From positions 108,252,001 to 108,316,000 of the forward strand of contig OZ024741.1 of NCBI GenBank assembly GCA_964016885.1: a stretch of 64,000 bases of DNA, written 5' to 3'. The DNA comes from Eledone cirrhosa (lineage: Eukaryota). Of the stretch, positions 13,643-27,642 are shown piece after piece. The position numbers and the translations under genes were made by a program. The notes beneath the pieces were generated by a model that saw only the letters and a program-made list of their open reading frames with translations, was not told the origin of the DNA and made no database searches. The first letter of the stretch is position 1. Each line of letters starts with the position of its first letter.

Positions 13643-13928
13643 GAATTGCTGTACAGTACCTTATTGTATCAGTAATTAATTCACTCTCATGTATTTGACA
13701 AGTTGCAAATTGCACTTAACAAAGCTTACTGCATTAGCTGAAACCTAGAGCTCCGAACAAAACATGCAGATGCCAAATTAAGGATATACATATTGTTAGC
13801 ACTCTGAGACACGTTCTCTCGATTATACGTTTGAAACATATCTGAGTAATCGGGATTATAGCGAATGTATTGCCTATAACTTCATCAACACAGACACACA
13901 GACACACACACATACACACAAACACACA

Positions 13929-13973
<45 letters not shown>

Positions 13974-14730
13974 ATAATAATAAATTTGAAGACTAAAATC
14001 CAAAGAGGGCTCGATAAGGATAAATATATATAAAATATATAAGAACCGTAGAGCAAATATTTATTAAAATAACAAATTAAAGTTTAAGCAAAGAATCGCT
14101 GCTTTCACACTTAACGGGATCTTCTGAAACTAACAAAGTCAATCTGTAAACGCAGAAGTGGATATTTCAAAAGACGTTGCAACCGGAGGAAGACAGGATA
14201 CTTTGGTTCGTGGAAACGTTCGCTATGCAAATAAGTAATGGTATAAACAAAACATACTAGCTCCCACATCAAGACATAAAAATCCATGTATAAATCGTAC
14301 TATCCGTTAGGGTATAACGTGGGGCTGTAATACAGGAAAGTTTTGTGCAATTTATGTTTACAAGCCGAAATTGCCTCAGATTTTTTGTTTAAGATGTGGT
14401 CTGTGGCATAGAGTATTTCCAGGGCCTCAGCGGCGCAGAGGTCACATGGTCTTTTATTTCCGTTATACGATCTAGCCCTAGCTAGGATCTCCCAGTGTAA
14501 ATTATATTGTCTTTTAGACTCCAGATATAAGCTGAAAGTGACGTCACATTCCTTCTTAGAGGGTAACGAAAATAATGGGTATGCATGTAAAGACGCTGCT
14601 TGAATCTATTGGCGGTTAACCCTATGTAGATCCTACGGGACGTGGGTGTTACAACCTTACATTTGTAGACAATGTTACTAGAGAGGCATTTCCCGAATAG
14701 GGGGCAATCAACCCGATTCTTACAATTACA

Positions 14731-15613
14731 TAAGTAGGCATTCCAACCATCCTGCCAGCATAACCAAGAACCTGGTAAGAAACCTTTCGTTGAGGCTTTC
14801 CCGTCTTTCCACCAACGAGCGTATTTTCAACGACCATTCCACTTATTACAATGAAGCTCTTGCTCGAAGTGGATTTGTCGATAAGGTAGCACATACAGAG
14901 TACGAAAATAGACCTGGAAGACATAGATTCCGTCGCAATTGTTGGTAGAACCCTCCATATAATATGGAGGTGGCCACACCATTAGCTAAGATCTTTCTTT
15001 CCCTTATTACGAAGCATTTCCCCCTACACATAAGTATAGTAACATTTTTAATAGAAATACTATTAAAATGTCTTACTCTACGACTCCTAACCTTGCACAT
15101 GACATCACAGCTTCAAATTTAGCTAATCTACCTAGCCGTAGGAACACGTGCAACCCTGTAGTTAGTACTAACTGTAATTGTAGGAATTGGGCTGATTGCC
15201 CCCTATCCGGGAAATGCCTCTCTAGTAACATTGTCTACAAATGTAAGGTTGTAACACCCACGTCCCGTAGGGCCTACATAGGGTTAACCGCCAATAGATT
15301 CAAGCAGCGTCTTTACATGCATACCCATTCTTTTCGTTACCCTCTAAGAAGGAATATGACGTCACTTTCAGCTTATATCTGGAATCTAAAAGACAACCAC
15401 ACCCAATATAAGTTACACTGGGTGATCCTAGCTAGGGCTAGATCGTATAACGGAAATAAAAGAACATGTGACTTCTGTGCCGCTGAGGCCCTGGAAATAC
15501 TCTACGCCACAGATCACATATTAAACAAAAAATCTGAGGCAATTTCGGCTTGTAAACATAAATTGCACAAAACTTTCCTGTATTACAGCCCCACGTTATA
15601 CCCTAACGGATAG
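14731..15613 (+). pseudogene. PLE RT C-terminus plus GIY-YIG (stop and frameshift upstream of the open 15068-15613 part)
   Basis: SNHPASITKNL...RLSRLS....F...YNEALARSGF...W*NPPY...HFP, then SYS..N, CNCRNWADCP, NIVY..YIG, CDFC, CKH. Confidence 0.9.
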
Positions 15614-15788
15614 TACGATTTATACATGAATTTTTACGTCTTCATGTGGGAGCTAGTATGTTTTGTTTATACCATTACTTATTTGCATAGCGAACGTTTC
15701 CACGAACCAAAGTATCGTCTTCCTGTCTTCCTCCGGTTGCAACGTTTTTTTGAAATATCCACTTCTGCGTTTACAGATTGAGTTTGTT

Positions 15789-15839
15789 AGTTTCAGAAGA
15801 TCCCGTTAAGGGTGAAAGCAGCGATTCTTTGCTTAAACT
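15789..15839 (+). ncRNA. Type I hammerhead with variant core CAGAAGA (family I)
   Basis: AGTTT-CAGAAGA-t-CCC-gttaa-GGG-t-GAAA-GCA-gcgattctt-TGC-TT-AAACT. Also at 5721, 14081, 38437, and at ~16219 with a CCGAAGA core. Confidence 0.7.
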
Positions 15840-15850
15840 TTAATCTGTTA

Positions 15851-16295
<445 letters not shown>

Positions 16296-16296
16296 A

Positions 16297-16387
<91 letters not shown>

Positions 16388-16393
<6 letters not shown>

Positions 16394-16720
16394 TGTAATA
16401 AACAACATAAGATAATTATTTCATTTACGAGTCGTTTCTTGAAAGCAAACAAAATTTGCTTTCAGTCATCAATGAAAAAATCCTGGTGTTTTTATTGACA
16501 GTGGATTTAAAAAACCAGTAGGTTTTTAAAATCCACTGTCAATAAATACACCAGGATTTTTTCATTCTGATGACTGAAAGCAAATTTTGTTTGCTTTCAA
16601 GAAACCACTGGTAAATGAAATAATTATCTGATGTTGTTTATTACGTAACTAATAAGCTCTGTAACCTACATAGAGCACTCTTTTTTTCTGGACCTTTCCG
16701 ACTGAATTACTTCATTCACA
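16388..16720 (+). mobile_element. PLE mini-element family C: 264-bp palindrome (16388-16651, centre ~16518) plus tail
   Basis: Inverted arms read directly. Tail hairpin GCTC-TGTA-acc-TACA-TA-GAGC at 16656-16676. Sits in (TA)n. Confidence 0.85.
16560..16620 (+). ncRNA. Complete minimal type I hammerhead (family C)
   Basis: TTTCATT-CTGATGA-c-TGAAAGCAAA-ttttg-TTTGCTTTCA-a-GAAA-CCactGG-TA-AATGAAA. Confidence 0.9.
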
Positions 16721-16751
16721 CATATATATATATATATTTATATACTATACA

Positions 16752-16823
<72 letters not shown>

Positions 16824-16869
16824 CATACTTGGTTGAGATCTCCTGGCACGATTTTCAAGTTATTTCAAG

Positions 16870-16975
16870 TTGTTTCAAGTACCTTCGGAGTTAGAATCGA
16901 AGACACATACCCAATACATTTCGCAGTGGGACTGAACCCATAATATCCTGTTTGTGAAATATACTTTTTAACCAT
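16870..16975 (-). mobile_element. Degenerate tRNA-derived SINE (another family)
   Basis: Minus-strand TGGTTAAAAAG...GGGTTCAGTCCCACTGCG head. Confidence 0.45.
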
Positions 16976-17910
16976 TTGCACATTTTTGTATATTATTTTA
17001 TCACCTAACTTAAACTACATACTACGGAACTTAATGCTCCACAATCGATCGCTTCATATTGATATATTGAAATCTCTGAAACTGTAGTGAGCACTACCAA
17101 ATAATTTTAGATCGGAGGATCAAATAAAATGTAGAAAACTCAGACGCAGAATAACACATTTGGTGGCTATAAATAATAGCTTAGAATATCGGGTAAAATA
17201 CCATTGCCTTTCATCCTTACGGGGTCGATACACTGGGGTCATTTTTATTGACTTCCCCGCCCCTTCAAATTGCTGGCATTATGTCTAAATTAAAAATAAT
17301 TATTCATAACAACCAGCTGAGTTTAGTTATTTTCTATGTCTGAGTTTCCTATATTCTTTATGAATGGTATAATCCCTCGGCGCTTCGTTCGAGCTTTCCA
17401 TACAATTTTAGATTTGTCTCGCTTATGATTAGATTATATGCGAGAAGATAATGACACCAACATGACCATAGAATTCAATGTTTTGACTTGCTAAAAACAT
17501 ATCTGATTGTTTTTTGTTTTTTTTTACTTAATTATCAGCATAATTTCCACCATCTACCAATTTTTATATCATTAATTTGTAGGAACATCCTAGAAACAAC
17601 AACACCTCAGACCCAAGAACTACAACAACAAAGAAATTTACACATACTGTATACATAAATATACAAAACCACCACATAATATAGAGATGTATCAGTACAG
17701 ACAAAACCACAAAATAATTGCAACAACAATGTCAAATCATAAAACCCAGAATAAACCGATCCTATTTTCAAATTCCACCTTTTTTATTTTAATTATTTAT
17801 TTAGTTCTTTTTTATATTCATTCGTTTTTAGATTGGCAACCAGTGTTTGCTCAATTTTTCTGTATTTTACATGATTTTTGTTTTCTTGCTACCTTTTTAA
17901 TTTCTTTTTC

Positions 17911-17955
<45 letters not shown>

Positions 17956-18189
17956 ATTATTATTATTATTATTATTATTATTATCATTATTTTCATGTTT
18001 GTGTTCCGATTCAGTAAACACATCATCTCGTTAGATGAAGTAAAAGCTAGATTCCGTGACATCACTGTAGTTTCCAATAATACGTTTGTTTATAGCAATC
18101 GGCATTATCTTATCGCTATTCTATGACCTTTCTAAGAAATCATTATATGAAAACTACCCAAGTAAACAGCTATGATCTAGTAACTCTGT

Positions 18190-19465
18190 AAACTGCTGCT
18201 GGTAAAGCTTGGTATACACAGACTTTTTAAATAATAACTATATCTAACCGTTGCTAGCCAAGCCTGAAAGACATAGACTTGGTGGATAATAACACGTTCT
18301 AATCGTTGCTAACCAAATCTGGAATATACAAACACTTTAAATAACTAGCTCTAACCGTTGCTAGCTAAGCTTTGAAAAAACTGATTCGTTAAATAATTGT
18401 TTCTACTTTTTGGCACAAGGCCAGCAATTAACCAGTACATTACTGGTACTTTATTTTATCGACCCCGTAAGGATGAAAGGCAAAGTTAACCTCGGCGGGA
18501 TTTGAACTCAGATCGTAAAGGGACGTAACTATGCTAGAAAGCATGTCTGACCCTCTATCGATACTGCCAATTCACCGCCCTAACAGACTCGTTAAATAAT
18601 AACTAGCTCTAACCGTTGCTAGCCAAGCCTGGGAAAGACTGACGCATTAAATAATGGTTTCTGATTTAAGCACGGGGCCAACAATTTTGAGACAGAGAAA
18701 AGTCGATTAAATTTCCCCCAGTGTGTTACGGTTACTTTATTTTATCGACCCCATAAGGATGAAAGGCAAAGCTAAGATTGAGAGGATTTAAACTCAGAAC
18801 GTAAAGGTACGAAATTATATGCCGCGAAGCATGTTATCCAACGCTCTACCGATACTGTCAATCCACCGCCCTATATACGCGTTAAATAATAACTAGGTCT
18901 AACCCCTGTTAGCCAAGCCTGGGACACACAGGCTCGTTAAATAATAACAACAACTAACCGTTGCTAGCCAAGCCTCAAGCACACAGACTCGTTAAGTAAT
19001 AACTACATCTATCCGTTACAAGGTAAGCCTGGCGTACACAGGCACGTTAAATAATAACAAGTTCTAACCTCTGCTAGCCAAGCCTGAAACACACAGACTC
19101 GTTAAATAATTGTTTCTACTTTTGGCACACGGCCAGCAATTATCCCAGTGGTACTTTATTTCATCGAACCCGTAAGGATGAAAGGCAAAGTTAACCTCGG
19201 CGGGATTTGAACTCAGATCATACAGGGCGGCAACTCTATGCTGCAAAGCATGGCGTCCGACCCTCTATCGATACTGCCAATCCACCGCCCCTAAGACTCG
19301 TTAAATAATAACTAGATCTAACTACTGCTAGCCAAGTCTGGAATATACAGACTCGTTAAATAATAACTACATCTATCCGTTGCTCGCTAAGCTTGGCGTA
19401 CACAGGCACGTTAAATAATAACTAGATCTAACAGCTGCTAGCCAAGCCTGGAAAATATAGACTCA
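18190..19465. repeat. ~55-60-bp minisatellite (GACTCGTTAAATAATAACTAGATCTAACCGTTGCTAGCCAAGCCTGG...) with three SINE insertions
   Basis: Roughly 12 recognisable units. SINE family 1 copies (-) at 18398-18580, 18656-18871, 19111-19291. Confidence 0.9.
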
Positions 19466-19879
19466 TTATTTAACAATTATTTTTTTATATACACATTTTC
19501 ACCTGGAAGATTCATACTTGCTAGTAAACTCAAATACTAACTGTTTAGTTCTTTTAAATAGGGTCAAATCTACCCGGCAATTCTTGTCAGATATATGATT
19601 CGTATCACATAAAAACTGTTGGGCTTAGCTTGACGTAACACTCAATTACCACTGATCAATTCCATGAAACAGCATTCCAGCATTCTATGGCAGCACTAAA
19701 AAACTAAATTTCAATTGTCCACACTCTCAGTTATTCCGGTTGATGTTTCACGTTAAATAAAATATAATTATTATTCTCCTTCAGAAATTTTGTTCAAAAT
19801 AATGTCATTTGTAAAGCACAATTCTTATGAAGAGCACCTAACATCGCTAGTGGAATGTGTGGGTGAGCGCATGTGCAAG

Positions 19880-20140
19880 CCACACTGTGGTCCCAGCGGA
19901 CAGAATGGAGAAAATGTTGCCACATAATATGGCGAGGGAGACGCATTGGAATAGCCATTCCAGCTCGTGGAGCTGGCACCCAGATGTGGCTATCTCTGCC
20001 TTGATAGTAATGAGGAGGCAGTTGATTCAGGGGCCAAGAGCCAAAGGAGTCTCCACTGATACATGTTTGACTAGAAACCTATCGCCTGGGCTAGTCGTTG
20101 AATTCACCAAGCTGCTGCTGGAGAAGATATCTGTTTTGGG
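19880..20140 (-). mobile_element. Degenerate CRE-like non-LTR retrotransposon C-terminus (restriction-like endonuclease region)
   Basis: DRFL...VSVET..LGP...ELEWLFQCVSLAILCGNIFSILSAG resembles the CRE motif F.P.AVET.G..G...FL.QR.S.A.QRGN..I. Confidence 0.6.
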
Positions 20141-21909
20141 TGTAGATTCTATCTGAACGAGGAAATCTAACATACATTTTTACTGTCAATTGTTTATAGA
20201 GTAACGGACAAGTCTAAAATCACTCGGATAGAATCTCCCACACTCACAAACTAGACAGCTTTTATTCAGTATCGTAATGCCTCCGAGAACATCACCAGAA
20301 TCACCAAGCGTTGTCTTGGTGTGTCATGGAACCCACCTGCTTTCTTGCCTCACAAACTGGCACCAATACTTTGGTTCCCATCCCCAAATATCTCTACCAA
20401 CTTTACACAAGCCTCCAGTCGGCCTGACAATATTTTTTCCGTTACCGTAATAAAATGTGCCATAGATCTAGACCCTCTTCTCACCAATCTTTGTAATAGC
20501 CAACCTTCCCACTCTGTCATTGCCACTTTCTTTCTGTCCTAGCTTCTCTCTTTCTAAAGGGACTCGCTTCCCATATCTGCATCCATTCAAGTAAATACCG
20601 GGCAAATGGTAATATCCTTAAGTATAAATCAATAGATATATATATTTGATACAAGAAAATACATTCCGTCTTATTTGAAAGTCATTATAATCATGGATCA
20701 ATTAGAAACAACACTGATTCATTATGGAGAGTTCAGACTTATTGAGTCTCATCAGCTGCAAAATCTTACGAGTTACGCCAACAAATATATCCACTTCTAA
20801 ATTAATAATTGGAAAACTTTTATAACATAACTTACCTTTTATCTTTCCTTGTTTTCTTTCTGACTGCACTAATGCTGGAGGTTTACGTTTCAACAATTCC
20901 AGCAGAAATCTTATCGGAATAACAATTTTACCGCAATTGTTCTTTTATGTTGGATTTAATTACCAAAGAAATATTTTCATTTATTATCATACTTAATCTC
21001 CTTTTTTGAAATAAACCATGAATACTTTTCTTATTTCATTTATTTTCCCTACCTCAATTATACATATAGTTTTTTGTTTCGTACTATGGTTTATGTTATT
21101 TTCGTCTTTCTTTTCAAACTAATACCGTCACGTCATTGTCTTAAACTCTCGCATTCATTGCCTTTGTCTTTCTCGGATATACACTGGCACACACACACAC
21201 ACACATGCATAAGCACACACACAAACATACACACGCGCATAAGCACACACATACATACACATAAACACACTTGCACTCATACTTACACATACATACACAA
21301 ACATACACACACACACGCTCAATCACTCACGCCCGCAACTGAACAAACAAATTAACGCAAACACATGACAAAAAGAAAACACCTACGCAAACACATAGAA
21401 AAACGAACCAATGCACGCACGATGACAACTGCACCTGCACACACACACCGACCAACTTACGTAGACGCATGCATACATCGACAAACAAATACCCACACAC
21501 ACAGAGTCACATGAACAAAAATACCTACAAACATGGACAGACGTACCTACACACACGCGTGCACGCACATACACACACGAAAAAACATAGCTAAACTCAC
21601 AAACACGGACAAAAATATGCACACATACACACATTCAAACACACGCACAAACAAACACACACAGTTACACATGCACAAGCATGCATACGCACACTCACTC
21701 GTTAATACGCATATAGACGTAGATAGACACACACACAAACTAATAAAAAGCCATTGGCATACTTTCCGATTATCTCCAGCAAATATTTACCCAACTCTTG
21801 AGACAGAGTTTTCTCAGTTGCTATGTTTTAAAACAAACTCGGAATTTTTTTACATCTTTATATTGTCACAAATTCACTCAATTTCTTTTCCTCTACAATC
21901 TTTTCTTTC

Positions 21910-22009
<100 letters not shown>

Positions 22010-22036
22010 TATATATATATATTTGTACACACACAC

Positions 22037-22139
<103 letters not shown>

Positions 22140-22379
22140 AGCTCAGTATCTTCCACACTCTGTTTTAAAGTTAACCATGCAGAACGTAAGACATTCCCTA
22201 AGTTTCCAGCCTGGTATTTTTAGGTCGCACACAATTTCTGAGAGTTACATGGTTCTATTGTTTGTTTCAATAGAATCTATCTATATAATTCTACATATTC
22301 ACACACACATACATATATATATATGTATGTAATGATATAAAGGCTTTTACAAATATACACGCACAGAGAAACACAAACA

Positions 22380-22415
<36 letters not shown>

Positions 22416-22484
22416 ATATATATGTATATATATATATATTTGTACACACACACACACACACACACGCACACACACACACACACG

Positions 22485-22518
<34 letters not shown>

Positions 22519-23057
22519 ACATTTATATTACAACGTTGTTCTTGCGAATTTAGAATGCTACAGACTGGAAAAAATCACTTATCTCCTTTAGACATTACAG
22601 CGAAAAGAGACAGCTTTACTATTTAAACACAAACTTTCTCCACATAGACTAAATATCGTAAAGTAAATGTTACTACACTACTACACCATAGAAAATCTTA
22701 CTCCACAAATACACACAATATCTTACAGAAAAAAGTACATTGAAAAATATTCAGAATATCTTACAGTACAACAAACTACATAGATAGATACATACAATAT
22801 TGTATAATACTTACTGCAAAGATATACACACACAATGATTTTAGCCACTCCCACATTTTATGTGCATACGTACAATATTTCATAGTATAGCATATATTCT
22901 CTGAAGCCAGTTGTGTTTATTGATGTGGCTTGATTTATCAAAATCTAATAAAACTGACCTCAACCACTGTACTCATCTCACATCAGTGAGAATGGGGTCA
23001 TAACAGTTCTACTAATATTAATCTAATTACCTAAGGAAATATTTTTTCTAGAAAATA

Positions 23058-23222
23058 ATTGTTTCTAGATTTGACACAAGGCCTACAATTCGAAGAGAAG
23101 CGTACACTCGATTAAGTCGAACCCAACGCGATACTGGTACTTTATTTTATTGACCCCGTAAAGTTGAAAGGCAAAGCTAATCTTGGCAGAATTTGAACTC
23201 CGATATTGCCAATCCACCGCCC
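23058..23222 (-). mobile_element. SINE family 1
   Basis: TTGTTTCTAG...CTGGTACTTTATTTTATTGACCCCGTAAAGTTGAAAGGCAAAG...CCAATCCACCGCC. Confidence 0.8.
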
Positions 23223-23739
23223 TTAAAAAGATGACATAATAATAAAAATAATGGAGTAACGCATTTCTCAGTCATTAATGAAACCCCCAATGAAATGACG
23301 CAAATAAACAAGATATATATATATTACAGAAATATAACAACAATAAAATAGTATATGGAATTATAGAAATTCTGAAAATTCATAAATCTGTCGGAAGGGT
23401 GCAGGAATCAAACCTGAGTCCGATGGATTTTTCATTGTATCACAAGCATAAAGTGTCTCAACGAGATACCACCATAACTAGATAATTAAACAGAATATAT
23501 TATGTAACTGCAGAATATGTGTAGAAGATTTGAGCAATAGGTAACTACATTGCTGAGTCTTAGCCAAAAAACAAGATATTTAAAGAATTTATGAATATGG
23601 GGAATAATTAATTAATTACATGGATTTTTTTGTTCATAAAGATTAGCAAAGCAATCGTTATTTGTATATAAATTTCCCCACAAAATGGCTATACAACCAG
23701 GTGCTATTCTCAAAAAGAACTTTCCAATTTTTTTCTTTT

Positions 23740-23890
23740 CTTACTCTCTATCTTTCTATTTCGTCTATTTCTTCTCATTCTATCTACTGATGAAAGTCTA
23801 CTGTCCGAAATGATGAGACTACTTTCCTGCTATATCAAGCGTTAAACTAATATATTTCTTCGTTGTACCGTGTTTCCATTTACCTTTTGT
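23740..23890 (+). mobile_element. Degenerate hammerhead-bearing PLE end (family R); second copy at ~52210-52320 (-)
   Basis: CTGATGA (23787)...GTCC-GAAA (23807)...AGAC...TTCCTGCTATATCAAGCGTTAAACTAATA. The same string occurs reversed at 52220-52291. Confidence 0.6.
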
Positions 23891-23897
23891 ACACACA

Positions 23898-24047
<150 letters not shown>

Positions 24048-24341
24048 ACCACCTTAAATCATAGACACACTATATATTTCCGGGGGTACATTGTACCCTC
24101 AGATATATATTAACTTTATTCAATAATCTCCAGTATGTAGAGATAAATCTTTGTCGTTCTATTTAGTTGCTAAAAATCTCTTTTAGTAGCGATCATAGAC
24201 GGCTAGTCTACGATTTCCCGCCTTCACTATACACCAATGTATTTACGGGTCACTTTCACGACCTTTCAGACCTGTATTAGTTGGAGTGAGGTCATATATT
24301 TTGTCGTTCCTGGGGTTTTTAACCCTAGGACAGGAAAATGC

Positions 24342-24419
24342 TTCTCTGATGATCGTTGCTTTTCCATTAATATCCTCGTGATATTTAATGTTTTGCACCG
24401 TGAAACTGTACAGTTAGGG
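24342..24419 (+). ncRNA. Type I hammerhead with long stem II and palindromic stem III CTGTACAG
   Basis: TTCT-CTGATGA-t-CGtTGC..CATTAA-TATC..GATA-t-TTAATG..GCAcCG-t-GAAA-CTGTACAG-TT-AGGG. Confidence 0.75.
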
Positions 24420-24534
24420 CCATTTGAATAGGTAAATATTTATATTATATTTTTTAATTTTGATTAATTTTAATTATATATTAATTTTGTTTTATTTTGA
24501 AAAATTGGTTGAATTTTACTTGTTCTGCTTATCT

Positions 24535-24619
<85 letters not shown>

Positions 24620-25660
24620 TTACAATAATCAAAGTTCAGTTTAAATCATTTATTTGCTTACAATTGTTTCCTCCAAACCGAGGTTTGGATTCTTCGGAGC
24701 AACTATTTAGTGATCTATAACATACTTGACCTCCTTTTCAACACAAGAGACATATAAAAACATATGCATATATTGACCCACAGTGGGTTGACATCCATCA
24801 TAATGATATAGCATGGCAATTTACATATAAAGGTTAAAGGATTAGAATAAAAATAAAAATAAAAATAAAAATAAAAATAAAAATAAAAATAAAAATAAAA
24901 ATAAAAATAAAAATAAAAATAAAAATAAAAATAAAAATAAAAATAAAAATAAAAATAAAAATAAAAATAAAAATAAAAATAAAAATAAAAATAAAAATAA
25001 AAATAAAAATAAAAATAAAAATAAAAATAAAAATAAAAATAAAAATAAAAATAAAAATAAAAATAAAAATAAAAATAAAAATAAAAAAAATAAAAATAAA
25101 AATAAAAATAAAAATAAAAATAAAAATAAAAATAAAAATAAAAATAAAAATAAAAATAAAAATAAAAATAAAAATAAAAATAAAAATAGAAATAAAAATA
25201 AAAATAAAAATAGAAATAAAAATAAAAATAAAAATAAAAATAAAAATAAAAATAAAAATAAAAATAAAAATAAAAACTTTAAACCCTATATATAACAATG
25301 TCAGACTTGAACCCGTCACCACCTCTAGCAATCAGTATCAGTGGCACACCTTACACCTCATCTCCACACCCATTTATACACTCTAACGCAAATAGTGGCA
25401 CCCTTATAGTACCTTTTACCCTGGAGATACCCCCATGTACTTCTACTTCTGATATATAGGCCTTGAATTACTTGGACTACATTGCACAAATATATGATTA
25501 ATGTAAACTGTAGGCACTGTATTGGTTGTGCTAATATGGTCCTGTGAATGGAGTGCCACCATAGGATAGATAGATGATTAAGTAATTAATTTATTATTAA
25601 AGGGACTATATACTCTATATGCTGAGCACAATCAATTATGTACAGGTGATATATGAGTTA

Positions 25661-26318
25661 GGAGTTTCTGTATTGCTTGATGGCCAGATTAGTGTCTTTC
25701 TATGAAAGAATTTGTCTCAGGACCACGCTGGTGATATGTAAATTTGCCAAGGATTCAGACATACAATGACCCAGAGCTTACCGGGAGTCATATATAGTAA
25801 TAAGACCCTGCCAGGTTCTGCGGGTGGACTACACTTACAAAGATCATTGATTTGGAGGTCTGACTCTTCTTATAGATTGTTCAGGTTTGGCACTCCATAA
25901 TAGAAGGTAATCACCCTGATATGAACACCTTTAGTACTTCTTATTAGACTACACTGTAATTTATAGATAAGAAACCTAATTTATATATGAATTGGGAGTT
26001 TCTGTATTGCTTGATGGCCAGATTAGTGTCTTTCTATGAAAGAATTTGTCTCAGGACCACGCTGGTGATATGTAAATTTGCCAAGGATTCAGACATACAA
26101 TGACCCAGAGCTTACCGGGAGTCATATATGGTAATAAGACCCTGCCAGGTCCTGCGGGTGGAATACACTTACAAAGATCATTGATTTGGGGGTCTGACTC
26201 TTCTTATAGAATGTTCAGGTGTGGCACTCCATAATAGAAGGTAATCATCCTGATATGAACACATTTAGTACTTCTTAATAGACTACACTGTAATTTATAG
26301 ATAAGTAACTTAATTTAG
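25661..26318. repeat. Two-copy tandem duplication, period ~334 bp, inside element D
   Basis: GGAGTTTCTGTATTGCTTGATGGCC starts at 25661 and at 25995, and the copies stay near-identical throughout. Confidence 0.95.
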
Positions 26319-27331
26319 AAATTGGTTATAACCTCATATGATAGGAACTCACTTGAAACACCATTAATGTAATTTAGGATAATAAATTTAACTATGAAAA
26401 TCAGCTAGTTACCTCCCCTTACGCATTAACTCCCCTTAGTCACACACACACTTCCGGAATATTCAATGTCATCTCACACAACTAAAACATCCTGATCTAT
26501 TAATCAAAGTAAGAAACGACAAGATATGGTTTATAACTTGGCTCTCCAGACACCAAATGCTGAATCATCGTGGATTGTGTGATAGATCTGTAGTCTATAT
26601 ATTGCGTTTCATGGATAACGTGAGTGGTGATGTGTGCGAATACAGTGGTGCGGTTTTGCCTATTTTATTTTATGTTTTGTGATAGGTTTGATATTTTTGA
26701 TATTTTGGTGTTTCTCTACATTCGGGATTGTATATCATACAGGTGTATGCGAAAAAATGATTTAACAATACGGCCCACATGATAATGTTGATTGCCTGCT
26801 TTAACTGCCTGATTCTAAAAATAACAATCTGCCGCACTCTAATCCTGTATAAATAAGACACGCGTGCATGCTACACGTGATATTGTTTCATACACTGACT
26901 ACTCTAAACTTTCCTCTTGCTTTATCTTCATAAACTGCCAGTTTTATTTTTATTTTTATTTTTATTTTTATTTTTATTTTTATTTTTATTTTTATTTTTA
27001 TTTTTATTTTTATTTTTATTTTTATTTTTATTTTTATTTTTATTTTTATTTTTATTTTTATTTTTATTTTTATTTTTATTTTTATTTTTATTTTTATTTT
27101 TATTTTTATTTTTATTTTTATTTTTATTTTTATTTTTATTTTTATTTTTATTTTTATTTTTATTTTTATTTTTATTTTTATTTTTATTCTAATCCTTTAA
27201 CCTTTATATGTAAATTGCCATGCTATATCATTATGATGGATGTCAACCCACTGTGGGTCAATATATGCATATGTTTTTATATGTCTCTTGTGTTGAAAAG
27301 GAGGTCAAGTATGTTATAGATCACTAAATAG

Positions 27332-27380
27332 TTGCTCCGAAGAATCCAAACCTCGGTTTGGAGGAAACAATTGTAAGCAA
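27332..27380 (+). ncRNA. Minimal type I hammerhead, core CCGAAGA, stem III CAATTG (family D)
   Basis: TTGCT-CCGAAGA-a-TCCAAAC-ctcg-GTTTGGA-g-GAAA-CAATTG-TA-AGCAA. Confidence 0.8.
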
Positions 27381-27587
27381 ATAAATGATTTAAACTGAAC
27401 TTTGATTATTGTAATCTCTATATAACTGCTCTGTAAAACAACTGATGTTATTACATTGAGGTATTTATCTTACTGGTAATAAGATAGTAATGAATGACCA
27501 TCTTTCACTATTTGGGGTTTTTATATGAAAAATATATAACCATAAAATGTTTTATTATATACATAACCATAAATATTATAATTAATA

Positions 27588-27642
<55 letters not shown>

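Larger units (their letters stand above)
24617..27590 (+). mobile_element. Non-coding ~3-kb PLE-type element (family D) with identical 230-bp inverted arms extended by (TAAAAA)n/(TTTTTA)n arrays
   Basis: Arms 24617-24846 and 27187-27417 appear identical. Arrays at 24847-25277 and 26942-27188. Hammerheads at 24654-24702 (-) and 27332-27380 (+). Tail hairpin at 27428-27461. Confidence 0.85.

Noticed and set aside
18190-19465. Repeat-spacer appearance suggestive of CRISPR
   Set aside because: Units are contiguous and degenerate, the interruptions are SINEs, there are no cas genes, and the context is eukaryotic.
24847-25277. (TAAAAA)n as an interstitial telomere
   Set aside because: Not a TTAGGG-type repeat; it is internal to element D.
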